Positions 46,410-53,813 of a stretch of 64,000 nt of DNA are shown in pieces. Made by a program: the position numbers and the translations under genes. Numbering within the stretch: the first letter of the stretch is position 1; every line of letters starts with the position of its first letter. The notes under the pieces are model-generated. The model was not told where the DNA came from and did no database searches. It worked only from the letters and a program-made list of their open reading frames with translations. Source of the DNA: a virus; the IMG/VR virus record IMGVR_UViG_3300032213_003144, positions 32,001 through 96,000 of that record; one strand, written 5' to 3'.

Positions 46410-47394
46410 TTGCGTTCACCCTTTCTGCGATGTGCGTTTCTCCATACTGAGTGACGCATCTATTTTGAAAAACAGGATTTGCTCCCAGCTCAAGGTCGGG
46501 GGTTGGGTGTGACCATATTGAGAATTCAGATTTGCAATAACGCTCATAGTCATCGTAGATACTGTCGAACCAAACAGGTTCGCACCATTGGATACTTTCG
46601 ACAGACTCCTTAATTCGGATATTTGCAGATTCATCAGTTCCGCCTTGACCAAAGAAAGTTAGATACGCATACCTAGTGCCACCCTCCATCTTGGTTACTC
46701 CATGAGCACATATATAATTGGTTGGAAACATGATGATGTCTCCCTTTTGCGGCTTATAATCAATCCCAAGATACGTGAACTTTAAGTGACCCCCGACGAA
46801 TGTCTCTTCAGTTAGGTCGTCTTTGGAGTCAACGCAATTATTGAAGTAGGCAAGTGCTCCGGCTGTTTGACGAAGTGCGACCTGGCCCCTAGGCATGTAT
46901 CGAACACCTTCGGTCACTTTGTAGTTGGTGTCATTGTCCTGATGCCAGCCAAGTATGCCTCCACCGTCATACCTGAGTATGTGTCCGCGTGTTCTCCACC
47001 ATAGGCTTCCGACGATAAGTGGGAACATGTCAATATATTTTATTAAACATTTATAAATGACGTTCTCGAGCTCTGTGAAGTATTGGGTGGCATATTCATC
47101 TGTCGACTCGATAACGGGCTCTAGCAGCCTCACAGGAGCGTTTGGGACGTCCTCCAGGCGATACCTGAAGCCATCTTCGTTGATGCCGTACTCAACTCCA
47201 TCCTCGCCAGTTATGTATGTCCATCTAACCTTATGTGCTTCGGCTGCACAGTCGTCAATATGCTCAAGGATTCTATCTTCTACCTTGAATACATTCTTGA
47301 AAACGACTATTCCGCTTCCGAGGTCCTCAAAGGCAAATTCTGATATTTCCTTAAGTTCGTTTTCCCCAATGATTGGGGTGCCGGGCATTATCAC
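46396..47394 (-). CDS. 2OG-Fe(II) oxygenase (LGSGIVVF subfamily)
   Basis: WWRTRGHILRY...HQDND...FPTNYICAHGV...GTRY. Confidence 0.9.
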   Translation of the reverse strand: MIMPGTPIIGENELKEISEFAFEDLGSGIVVFKNVFKVEDRILEHIDDCAAEAHKVRWTYITGEDGVEYGINEDGFRYRLEDVPNAPVRLLEPVIESTDEYATQYFTELENVIYKCLIKYIDMFPLIVGSLWWRTRGHILRYDGGGILGWHQDNDTNYKVTEGVRYMPRGQVALRQTAGALAYFNNCVDSKDDLTEETFVGGHLKFTYLGIDYKPQKGDIIMFPTNYICAHGVTKMEGGTRYAYLTFFGQGGTDESANIRIKESVESIQWCEPVWFDSIYDDYERYCKSEFSIWSHPTPDLELGANPVFQNRCVTQYGETHIAERVNAIEEV

Positions 47395-47396
47395 GG

Positions 47397-48020
47397 CTAA
47401 CCGACAAGAAACTTGACTGCATCAATCACGGTCCAAGACTGTCCTGCCGCAACCGGTTTTTCTGCAAGCGGTCTATCGGCCCAATTGAATCTTCCAACCT
47501 GTTGACCGTCTCGGCTTATGAGGAATTTTTCATTGTTATGTGGGATTCTCATTATTGCCTGTCCGGCGAGATTCTGTCCAGCGGCAGCACCTTCGGAGCC
47601 GTCGGCCTTGTTGTCGTCGAAAGAACGAACAGTATCCCCCTTCATGAAGCTCCAGGTTTTATGTTCGTCCGGACCGTTGACATCAATTTTTTCTGTTATA
47701 GGGAAGGTGACGAATGGGTATGCTTCTGAAACAAATTTTGCTATTTCCTCATTACCCATCGGGTCCATTTCGCTGAATTGATTACACGGAAAAGCTACAA
47801 CGCTGAAACCTTTGTCTTCAAACATTTCGTGAAGCATTTGCAATTCCCATAGTTGTCTTGCCGCTCTTGCGTAAGACCAAACAGGACTACACTTAGGCGT
47901 ATACCCAGCCTTGGTCGCAATGTTTGTAAATAGGCATACTTTCCCCCTCACTGAGTCAAGTAAATTTGGGGACCCGTCTATAGAGTTAATTGAAATATCA
48001 AAAATTGAACGATTGGTCAT
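47397..48020 (-). CDS. Glutathione-peroxidase-like protein with Ala at the canonical peroxidatic Cys position
   Basis: NIATKAGYT, VVAFPCNQF, TFPITEKIDVNG, EKFLISRDG. Confidence 0.85.
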   Translation of the reverse strand: MTNRSIFDISINSIDGSPNLLDSVRGKVCLFTNIATKAGYTPKCSPVWSYARAARQLWELQMLHEMFEDKGFSVVAFPCNQFSEMDPMGNEEIAKFVSEAYPFVTFPITEKIDVNGPDEHKTWSFMKGDTVRSFDDNKADGSEGAAAGQNLAGQAIMRIPHNNEKFLISRDGQQVGRFNWADRPLAEKPVAAGQSWTVIDAVKFLVG

Positions 48021-48316
48021 ACTTTTACTCCGTTTATTTCGACGGTAACGTACTTATCAATCTCAACAAATCCTTTTAGTATTTTGCCGACCGATTGAAA
48101 CTTGCAGTGAAAATCAACGCTCATCGGGATATCGGTATGACCGCATAGGTCGACGTCAATCGTGTCGTCTGTCGTATTGATTATGGCTCCAGAGAATTGA
48201 ACTATACCCTTGTCGTGGGATATTGAGCCAGAGCCGTCATCGTTCAGACCGATGACATACGATTCTTTACCCAGTGGGGATAATGCGCTTACTGACCAAG
48301 TTCCCAAAGATTCCAT
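48017..48316 (-). CDS. Small beta-rich hypothetical protein
   Basis: GTW-x-V-x-x-x-SPLG pattern; TGcTAACAT-N6-ATG upstream. Confidence 0.65.
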   Translation of the reverse strand: MESLGTWSVSALSPLGKESYVIGLNDDGSGSISHDKGIVQFSGAIINTTDDTIDVDLCGHTDIPMSVDFHCKFQSVGKILKGFVEIDKYVTVEINGVKV

Positions 48317-48331
48317 GAGGGTATGTTAGCA
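48314..48331 (-). promoter_or_regulatory. Extended -10 leaderless promoter
   Basis: TGcTAACAT-accctc-ATG. Confidence 0.6.
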
Positions 48332-48335
48332 CTGA

Positions 48336-49124
48336 CTATGGAGTCCTGAAGTATATTCCTTCGCCCCACTTGGCAAAAACATCAGAATGCTTTTCGACCA
48401 TTTCATCACGAATGGTACCTGACTGCTCGTAGAGCTCTCTGTCTTCAGGCTTGACATCTGGGTTTGAGAACATATTGCAATAATGCCCGATTAGGGATTT
48501 TCTTGTTAGTCCCCTATTGACCGGCATTGAACCTCTGTGAACAAGATGCCCGTGCCAAATTATGACATCACCCTTTTCGGCAATAAATGGGAACGTAGTT
48601 GCATTCCGTTTATCTATTTCTTTTTGGAAGAAATCATGAGATGATAATCCCTCTCTGATTCTTCCTGGCTTGCCAGGCTCCGTCAGGTACAAATCATCCA
48701 AACTGCAATTCCAGTTATGTGAACCAGGGACTATCTCGAACGGACCGGCTTCAGGGCTGACATCCTCAAGAGCAACCCAAGCGCCCTGATAATTGTCTCC
48801 AGCTTCTTTGAACGTAAAAGCTGCATCTTGATGCCAACCTTGTTCGGTTGACGTGAAGTACGTGACGTTCTTGTGAAGAGCTACCGCCTTGTTGACGTCA
48901 ACGAAAGTTCTTGCAATAGAGTCGTGGCAAAGAATGTCCATGATTTCTGGGTGGTCGAGGTATACGTCGAAGTCATTGCCCCATCCCTCTAGGTTTCCTC
49001 GTTCGTCCATTCGGTCTGCTACGTGCTTTAGCCAGAGCTGTTCGTATTTCTCGATGAGGTCGTCAGGGATTGCTTTTTTTAGTAATACGTAGCCATTTTC
49101 GTCGTAAAAGTCTTTAATGCTCAT
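48336..49124 (-). CDS. Phytanoyl-CoA dioxygenase (PhyH)-family 2OG-Fe(II) oxygenase
   Basis: FYDENGYV, WHQD, WVALED..P-x-AGP...VPGSH, GDVIIWHG-x-LVHRG...R-x-S. Confidence 0.92.
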   Translation of the reverse strand: MSIKDFYDENGYVLLKKAIPDDLIEKYEQLWLKHVADRMDERGNLEGWGNDFDVYLDHPEIMDILCHDSIARTFVDVNKAVALHKNVTYFTSTEQGWHQDAAFTFKEAGDNYQGAWVALEDVSPEAGPFEIVPGSHNWNCSLDDLYLTEPGKPGRIREGLSSHDFFQKEIDKRNATTFPFIAEKGDVIIWHGHLVHRGSMPVNRGLTRKSLIGHYCNMFSNPDVKPEDRELYEQSGTIRDEMVEKHSDVFAKWGEGIYFRTP

Positions 49125-49188
49125 GAACTAGACATTACACCATTTCTGCTAATAGTAAGACACACACTATAAAAATGCTGAAATCTAT

Positions 49189-49650
49189 TTACGTTTTAAC
49201 CCAAAAGAAGGAAGACGCATACCTATCTCCTGCGGTGATTTCTTTTACACCATGAAAAACCGGATTGCGCCAAAAAATAAGCGAACCCTCTTTCGGCTTA
49301 ATCTCTATCTTGTCATCAGGGAAGTATATTTCACCACCATCAAAACTATCAACCCAGTACAGTGTTGACGAAAAATCTGGTCTTTCTTCTCTCTTTGTGA
49401 AATCAATATGGACATCCTGTTTTTCCCCAATTGTGGAAATGTTGTAGTCCAACCCTGGATAGTCATATTCTTGGACTGTGATTGAAAATTCTGCTTCTAT
49501 TAAAGATTTTACCCTGTCCCTTATCGACTCGTAGTTGATTGTTGGTGGCAGGGACGGGAACCCATCTTTTGGGGTATTGGATATATGTTGAGCAAAAATC
49601 TCTAATTCAGAAGCTGTTAGTAAATCTTCAATATAATGAATTCTGCTCAT
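49189..49650 (-). CDS. 2OG-Fe(II) oxygenase, prolyl-4-hydroxylase-like (compact)
   Basis: HID...FDGGEIYF...IKPKEGSL...HGVKEITAGDRY. Confidence 0.9.
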   Translation of the reverse strand: MSRIHYIEDLLTASELEIFAQHISNTPKDGFPSLPPTINYESIRDRVKSLIEAEFSITVQEYDYPGLDYNISTIGEKQDVHIDFTKREERPDFSSTLYWVDSFDGGEIYFPDDKIEIKPKEGSLIFWRNPVFHGVKEITAGDRYASSFFWVKT

Positions 49651-49668
49651 GTTTTCACAACGACCTTA

Positions 49669-50610
49669 TTAATCCAATGCATCCATTGCTTCGTAGAACT
49701 CCACTGGGTTGAAGCCGGCAAAATCTAGGTACTCTTTCAATTTTTCTGCATTTGGTGCTCCGCTATCGCCAAATAATTCACCCATATATATGCTTCGTTG
49801 GCGAGCTAAATCTTTTTGAAAACGTACTGAATAGCGGTTCATGTTTGAATGACCAATGTTGCCATGCCAATCATTTTCATAAAAAACCTCACCCTTGTTC
49901 ATGTGCCATAAAAATGGCTTTCCAATCGAGAACATTCTGTAACCACGAGTGTATGAGCGAAGTGCTACGAGGTGCTCATCACCAATAAATACAAACTTCC
50001 AGTCATGCCCAACCTCCTCCAACCATGATGATGAAGCAAACAAGACGTGGCCAGCAATCGTGTTGTGCTCAACCACATCTTCTCCGCACACAACTGAATC
50101 CCAAGACCTTTTTGGCTCTATCCAATTTTTTTCTGGAAAACCAAAAATGTAAGAACATACGTTGCAACAATTCTGTGAATCCGGTTTGTAGTGGAGTATT
50201 TCCCCATTTTCCCCTACTGACCACCATGGCACGAATGTTGAGATAATCGGTTTTTCGAACCCAGATTCAATTATTTTTTTATGTGCAGATATCAGACCGG
50301 AATCCCAATTTTTTTCAAAAAGCATGTGGGCGTCAATTTGTAAATAGTAATCCTCATTATTCCAAAATGAATCAGCTATCAATCTGTCAACACCAAAACC
50401 AGAAGGTTTACCAATTATTGAATATCTTACTTGAACGTTTTTAAGCATTGACAGGTCTTCGAAGCATCCGTCATTTGACTGATAATTTATTCCAAAAAAC
50501 ACTCGTTCTTGATGTTCGGCCATCTTTTGAGCTGACTCAATTGTTTGTTTTAAATATTGCTCATTATACGCAGGAATTGAAATAAAAATTGTCTTTTGAT
50601 TGTCGGTCAT
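49669..50610 (-). CDS. GT60-like glycosyltransferase ([Skp1]-hydroxyproline GlcNAc-transferase family)
   Basis: TIFISIPAY...L-x-x-TI...A-x-x-x-ERVFFGI-x-x-Q and EDYYLQIDAHM-x-F-x-x-NWD, plus F-x-GDE-x-x-x-ALR-x-YT-x-GY...WH. Confidence 0.8.
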   Translation of the reverse strand: MTDNQKTIFISIPAYNEQYLKQTIESAQKMAEHQERVFFGINYQSNDGCFEDLSMLKNVQVRYSIIGKPSGFGVDRLIADSFWNNEDYYLQIDAHMLFEKNWDSGLISAHKKIIESGFEKPIISTFVPWWSVGENGEILHYKPDSQNCCNVCSYIFGFPEKNWIEPKRSWDSVVCGEDVVEHNTIAGHVLFASSSWLEEVGHDWKFVFIGDEHLVALRSYTRGYRMFSIGKPFLWHMNKGEVFYENDWHGNIGHSNMNRYSVRFQKDLARQRSIYMGELFGDSGAPNAEKLKEYLDFAGFNPVEFYEAMDALD

Positions 50611-51272
50611 AAATCAAATTTTTCTATTGAAGAGTTTACAGATGCCCTGTATGTTGTCTTAAAGTACTCATGTCTATTGTAGTCAAACATAGTGACAACG
50701 GAATATTTGATACCATCTTCGACATTTAGGGCAGAGTGCATATACATAAAATTAGAAGGAAACACAATAATATCCCCAGCCTCAGGCTGAATGGTCACGT
50801 CAAGATTTTTGAAGTGCAGAGCACCCCCAGTAAAATCTGAATTTAAATACGCAACTGACGAAACAGATGCGACATAGCTAAAACCATCATCTGAATGATA
50901 ATTAAAGTAGTTATCATCATAATACTTTATGATATTCATAGTTTCCACGAAACCTAGGTCAACATTGAAATTCCTGGCATAATTTAATGCCGTATCGATT
51001 ATTTTGTTCCGCATCGAATTTACAATTCGAATATCATCTATGTCGTATTGTTTGTTTTTTAATGCAACTAGGTCTGGTTTCCAATCAAAACATTTCCTAT
51101 AAGTCGCACTTAATTGATAGTGTCCAACTTGCGCGGGGGACCATAGACACTCTTGGCCGTTTTGCCCACTAGCAATTCTCTCTATTGCGTCAACTACTGC
51201 TGGCGCATCATCTATTGCGTTTGGGAATCTCCAAATTCCAAAGCGTTCTTCACCACAGTATGCGTGGTCCAT
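50607..51272 (-). CDS. 2OG-Fe(II) oxygenase, prolyl-4-hydroxylase-like (paralog of 34695..35426)
   Basis: HSDDGFSY...YLNSDFTGG...FPSNFMYMHSA...G-x-KYSVVTMFDYN. Confidence 0.92.
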   Translation of the reverse strand: MDHAYCGEERFGIWRFPNAIDDAPAVVDAIERIASGQNGQECLWSPAQVGHYQLSATYRKCFDWKPDLVALKNKQYDIDDIRIVNSMRNKIIDTALNYARNFNVDLGFVETMNIIKYYDDNYFNYHSDDGFSYVASVSSVAYLNSDFTGGALHFKNLDVTIQPEAGDIIVFPSNFMYMHSALNVEDGIKYSVVTMFDYNRHEYFKTTYRASVNSSIEKFDL

Positions 51273-51278
51273 TGATTG

Positions 51279-51506
51279 CTACCACTTGCCAAGCGGGCAT
51301 GCGGCTGCCTCCATCTTCACCTTGAGTTTCATGAAGCATCCACACTCTTTGCATTGTTTTGTTGTTTTGATTAAGCTCGGGCACTCCTCGCATATTTTGA
51401 ACCGATTTGCCGAAACATCTTCCGTCGCTTGAGGTGTGTTTGGGTTTAGTACATCCCACGGACGTGTTGTGCCTAGTTTCTTTTTATATTCTTGCCATGC
51501 ATTCAT
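51279..51506 (-). CDS. Small Cys-rich (DUF6171-like) protein
   Basis: R-x-x-IC-x-x-CP...QC-x-x-CGCFM-x-x-K...CPLGKW. Confidence 0.75.
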   Translation of the reverse strand: MNAWQEYKKKLGTTRPWDVLNPNTPQATEDVSANRFKICEECPSLIKTTKQCKECGCFMKLKVKMEAAACPLGKW

Positions 51507-51523
51507 GCTGTAAATCCTTGCTC

Positions 51524-51754
51524 CTATACTGGTGGGTGAAAGCCTGTCTCATCATGAGTGTATCCCTCAATGACCATATCCTTTTGTTCCTCTAAAAGGA
51601 CTATTACCTTTGGGTCAGAAGATAGGGCTGCCACTTCGAGCGGCATATATTCGGTTCTCATTGGAATAATGCAGGCCACTTCGCCATCTACGACAAAAGC
51701 AAAGTAGGTGAAGTCTTCCTTGCGGAAAGTTGTTGGTGCTTCATTGTTTGACAT
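51524..51754 (-). CDS. Small protein, paralog of 23221..23439
   Basis: FAFVVDGEV...LSSDPKVIVL; AAGGAG RBS. Confidence 0.7.
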   Translation of the reverse strand: MSNNEAPTTFRKEDFTYFAFVVDGEVACIIPMRTEYMPLEVAALSSDPKVIVLLEEQKDMVIEGYTHDETGFHPPV

Positions 51755-51775
51755 ATTTCTCCTTCTTTCTAAATG

Positions 51776-52795
51776 CTAACAGCCTGGGCCATCGCAATAT
51801 ACGTTTTGTGTAATGGTGCAGTTGGCGTTTCTTCTGTCTACCTGGAAGCAGTTTCCAGCACCTGGGTAGCATTTTCGACCGCTATTGTAGTACAGGACGG
51901 TACAGCCACTCGAAAATGAAGGTGGTGCGGTAAAGGTCGGTGGTGCGGTAAAGGTCGGTGGTGCGGCAAAGGTCGGTGGTGCAACCCAGCCACACTGTGC
52001 TTGGTACGGGTAGTTATTTATTCCAACTTCGCCACAACATCCGTCAGCAATAACATCTTGCAAGCTGTACGTAGGGCTTCCTGGTATGCAGTTCATGCCA
52101 ATAGGTGTTCCGTATGGGTCACATCCAGCGCAAGGGTCATTGAAGGTTGGAGGAGGAGCAGCAAATACCGGCGGTGAAACGTTTGTGGTCTCTTCAAGGT
52201 AAATTGAATCAGAGTTTGCCCAACCAGTCTTGGATACGTATACATATGTAAAGCGATTGACATTCTCACCAAGGCCAGTCCAACCGTGGCAACTTCCACT
52301 CTGGTCGTTTGGTACAACGTTGTAGCCGTAATAGTTGTAAGTATATGTAGCGTCGTGGTTGTCATAACAAAGCGGAATCGAGGAAGTTGTTTCTGCAATG
52401 TCGGAAACAATCGGTGTTGGGAGTTTTCCAAATAGCGGAGTTACCGAGTTTGAGTTGCTTGAAAAAGCCCCTGTGCCAATCGTATTTACTGCGGCGACCC
52501 TGAACACATAGGCTGTTCCGTTGGTCAAGCCAGTCACCGTAACTGAGGTTGAAGTTGAAACAGAGTCAGAGAATGTTGTAAAAGTGGAACCGCTGTCACT
52601 TGAATACTGGATTACATAATCGTTCAATGCCGGGCTCCCCAACATGACGGGGGCCGTCCAACTTACCGATGCAGTTGTGTTTCCATATGTTGCAGGAAGA
52701 CTTGCGGTCACCGATGTTGGTGCGCCTGGGACGAATCCCATGCGAAAACCAAACTTACTAGTTGAGCCGCTTCCAATACGGTTTAAGAATGGCAT
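51776..52795 (-). CDS. FN3-domain tail-tip protein with a Cys-rich C-terminus and PPxF repeats
   Basis: PGAPT-x-V...SWTAP...Y-x-IQYS...GLTNGTAYVFRVAAVN; PPVF, PPTF and a tandem (A/T)APP(T/S)F array. Confidence 0.88.
   Translation of the reverse strand: MPFLNRIGSGSTSKFGFRMGFVPGAPTSVTASLPATYGNTTASVSWTAPVMLGSPALNDYVIQYSSDSGSTFTTFSDSVSTSTSVTVTGLTNGTAYVFRVAAVNTIGTGAFSSNSNSVTPLFGKLPTPIVSDIAETTSSIPLCYDNHDATYTYNYYGYNVVPNDQSGSCHGWTGLGENVNRFTYVYVSKTGWANSDSIYLEETTNVSPPVFAAPPPTFNDPCAGCDPYGTPIGMNCIPGSPTYSLQDVIADGCCGEVGINNYPYQAQCGWVAPPTFAAPPTFTAPPTFTAPPSFSSGCTVLYYNSGRKCYPGAGNCFQVDRRNANCTITQNVYCDGPGC
51915..51983 (-). repeat. 18-bp tandem repeat encoding APPTFAAPPTFTAPPTFTAPPSF
   Basis: + strand ggtggtgcgg(t/c)aaaggtc units. 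Confidence 0.93.
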
Positions 52796-52801
52796 AGTTC
52801 A

Positions 52802-53773
52802 TTACGCAAATTTCGTTTGACTCGCAAGAACAGTAAATGCAGCATTTCCTGTTTTGATTATCGCAAGTGTGTATGCATCAATTGAGCTAGCGTTCCCAGT
52901 TGCAGGGGCAGTTCCACCCATCCATTTTGGAGTTACGGCCGAACCGTCCACCTGAAACACTGTTGGTCTTCTTTGTGTTGTTCCTATCGTTGCAAGAAAA
53001 GTTACCGTCGCTATCTGACCTGTTGCAAGAGTGTTGTTCAGTGTGACGCTTGATGTTCCCCTTACATTAAGCGTCCAGTTTGCAGAAGCATCAACCGTGT
53101 AGTAAACCGTTGGATTTGTGCTGAAGTCAATGTTGATGGTACCCGTGGCAGCAGAAGCACTTATACTTGCAGTCTCAATAACGGTAGTCACATCAATTGC
53201 CGTAAGTATTGCCTTGCCAGCAGCATCTCTTGCGACAATTGCTGATGCAGTGTTTGCGTCAGTAGCGGTAGTTGCCGAGTTTAATACTTTCCCAGGAGTT
53301 GAAATTGTCCCAAGTTTTGTATCGGCTATTCCGGCGGAAGCAATCTTTGCCGAAGTTACAGAGCCATCAGCTATATCAGCAGCGATTATTGTTCCGTCCG
53401 CTATATGGGCTGCGGTTATTGCGTTGTCCGCAATTTTCGCACCAGTCACAGCGTCATCAGCAATTTTTATAGTTGTAACTTCACCATCCGCAAGTACGAA
53501 TGTTGGCGCTGAAACCCAACTTGAACCGTTAAAAAATGTAACGTCGTTATTTAAATCTATATACGCAAACATCCCCTCCTGCAGAAGGGGTTTCCCGTCT
53601 CCAACCACGCCGGCAACGGTTTGACCAATAGCAATACCATTACCAAACGCAGTATCCCTGGCTGCGGTGGTCGCGAATCTCATAATCGACTGATTCATTA
53701 AATAGCCGTTAACGTCCGCAGCAGTAATTACGTCTCCGGCAACAAAAAGTCTTGTTCCTAATCCACCAGCCAT
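52802..53773 (-). CDS. Tail fibre / adaptor protein
   Basis: Likely start MAGGLG at 53773 with GGAG RBS (track start 53836); F-x-AGDV-x-TAA-x-VN-x-YLM N-terminus; VT-x-AKIAD repeats; C-terminal KW-x-GGTAP...ID-x-YT domain. Confidence 0.8.
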   Translation of the reverse strand: MAGGLGTRLFVAGDVITAADVNGYLMNQSIMRFATTAARDTAFGNGIAIGQTVAGVVGDGKPLLQEGMFAYIDLNNDVTFFNGSSWVSAPTFVLADGEVTTIKIADDAVTGAKIADNAITAAHIADGTIIAADIADGSVTSAKIASAGIADTKLGTISTPGKVLNSATTATDANTASAIVARDAAGKAILTAIDVTTVIETASISASAATGTINIDFSTNPTVYYTVDASANWTLNVRGTSSVTLNNTLATGQIATVTFLATIGTTQRRPTVFQVDGSAVTPKWMGGTAPATGNASSIDAYTLAIIKTGNAAFTVLASQTKFA

Positions 53774-53813
53774 TATTGGTCTCCTGTATTTCTGATTGTA
53801 AAGTTTATCATTG

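Noticed and set aside
47890-47930. Selenocysteine recoding in the GPx-like gene
   Set aside because: The codon at the catalytic position is GCT (Ala); the ORF has no in-frame TGA
31416-51272. Oxygenases and glycosyltransferases as a DNA hypermodification (TET/JBP-like) pathway
   Set aside because: Motifs resemble P4H, PhyH and AspH types rather than TET/JBP; no nucleotide kinases or thymidylate-synthase-like genes nearby; context is tail genes. Not formally excluded for every copy
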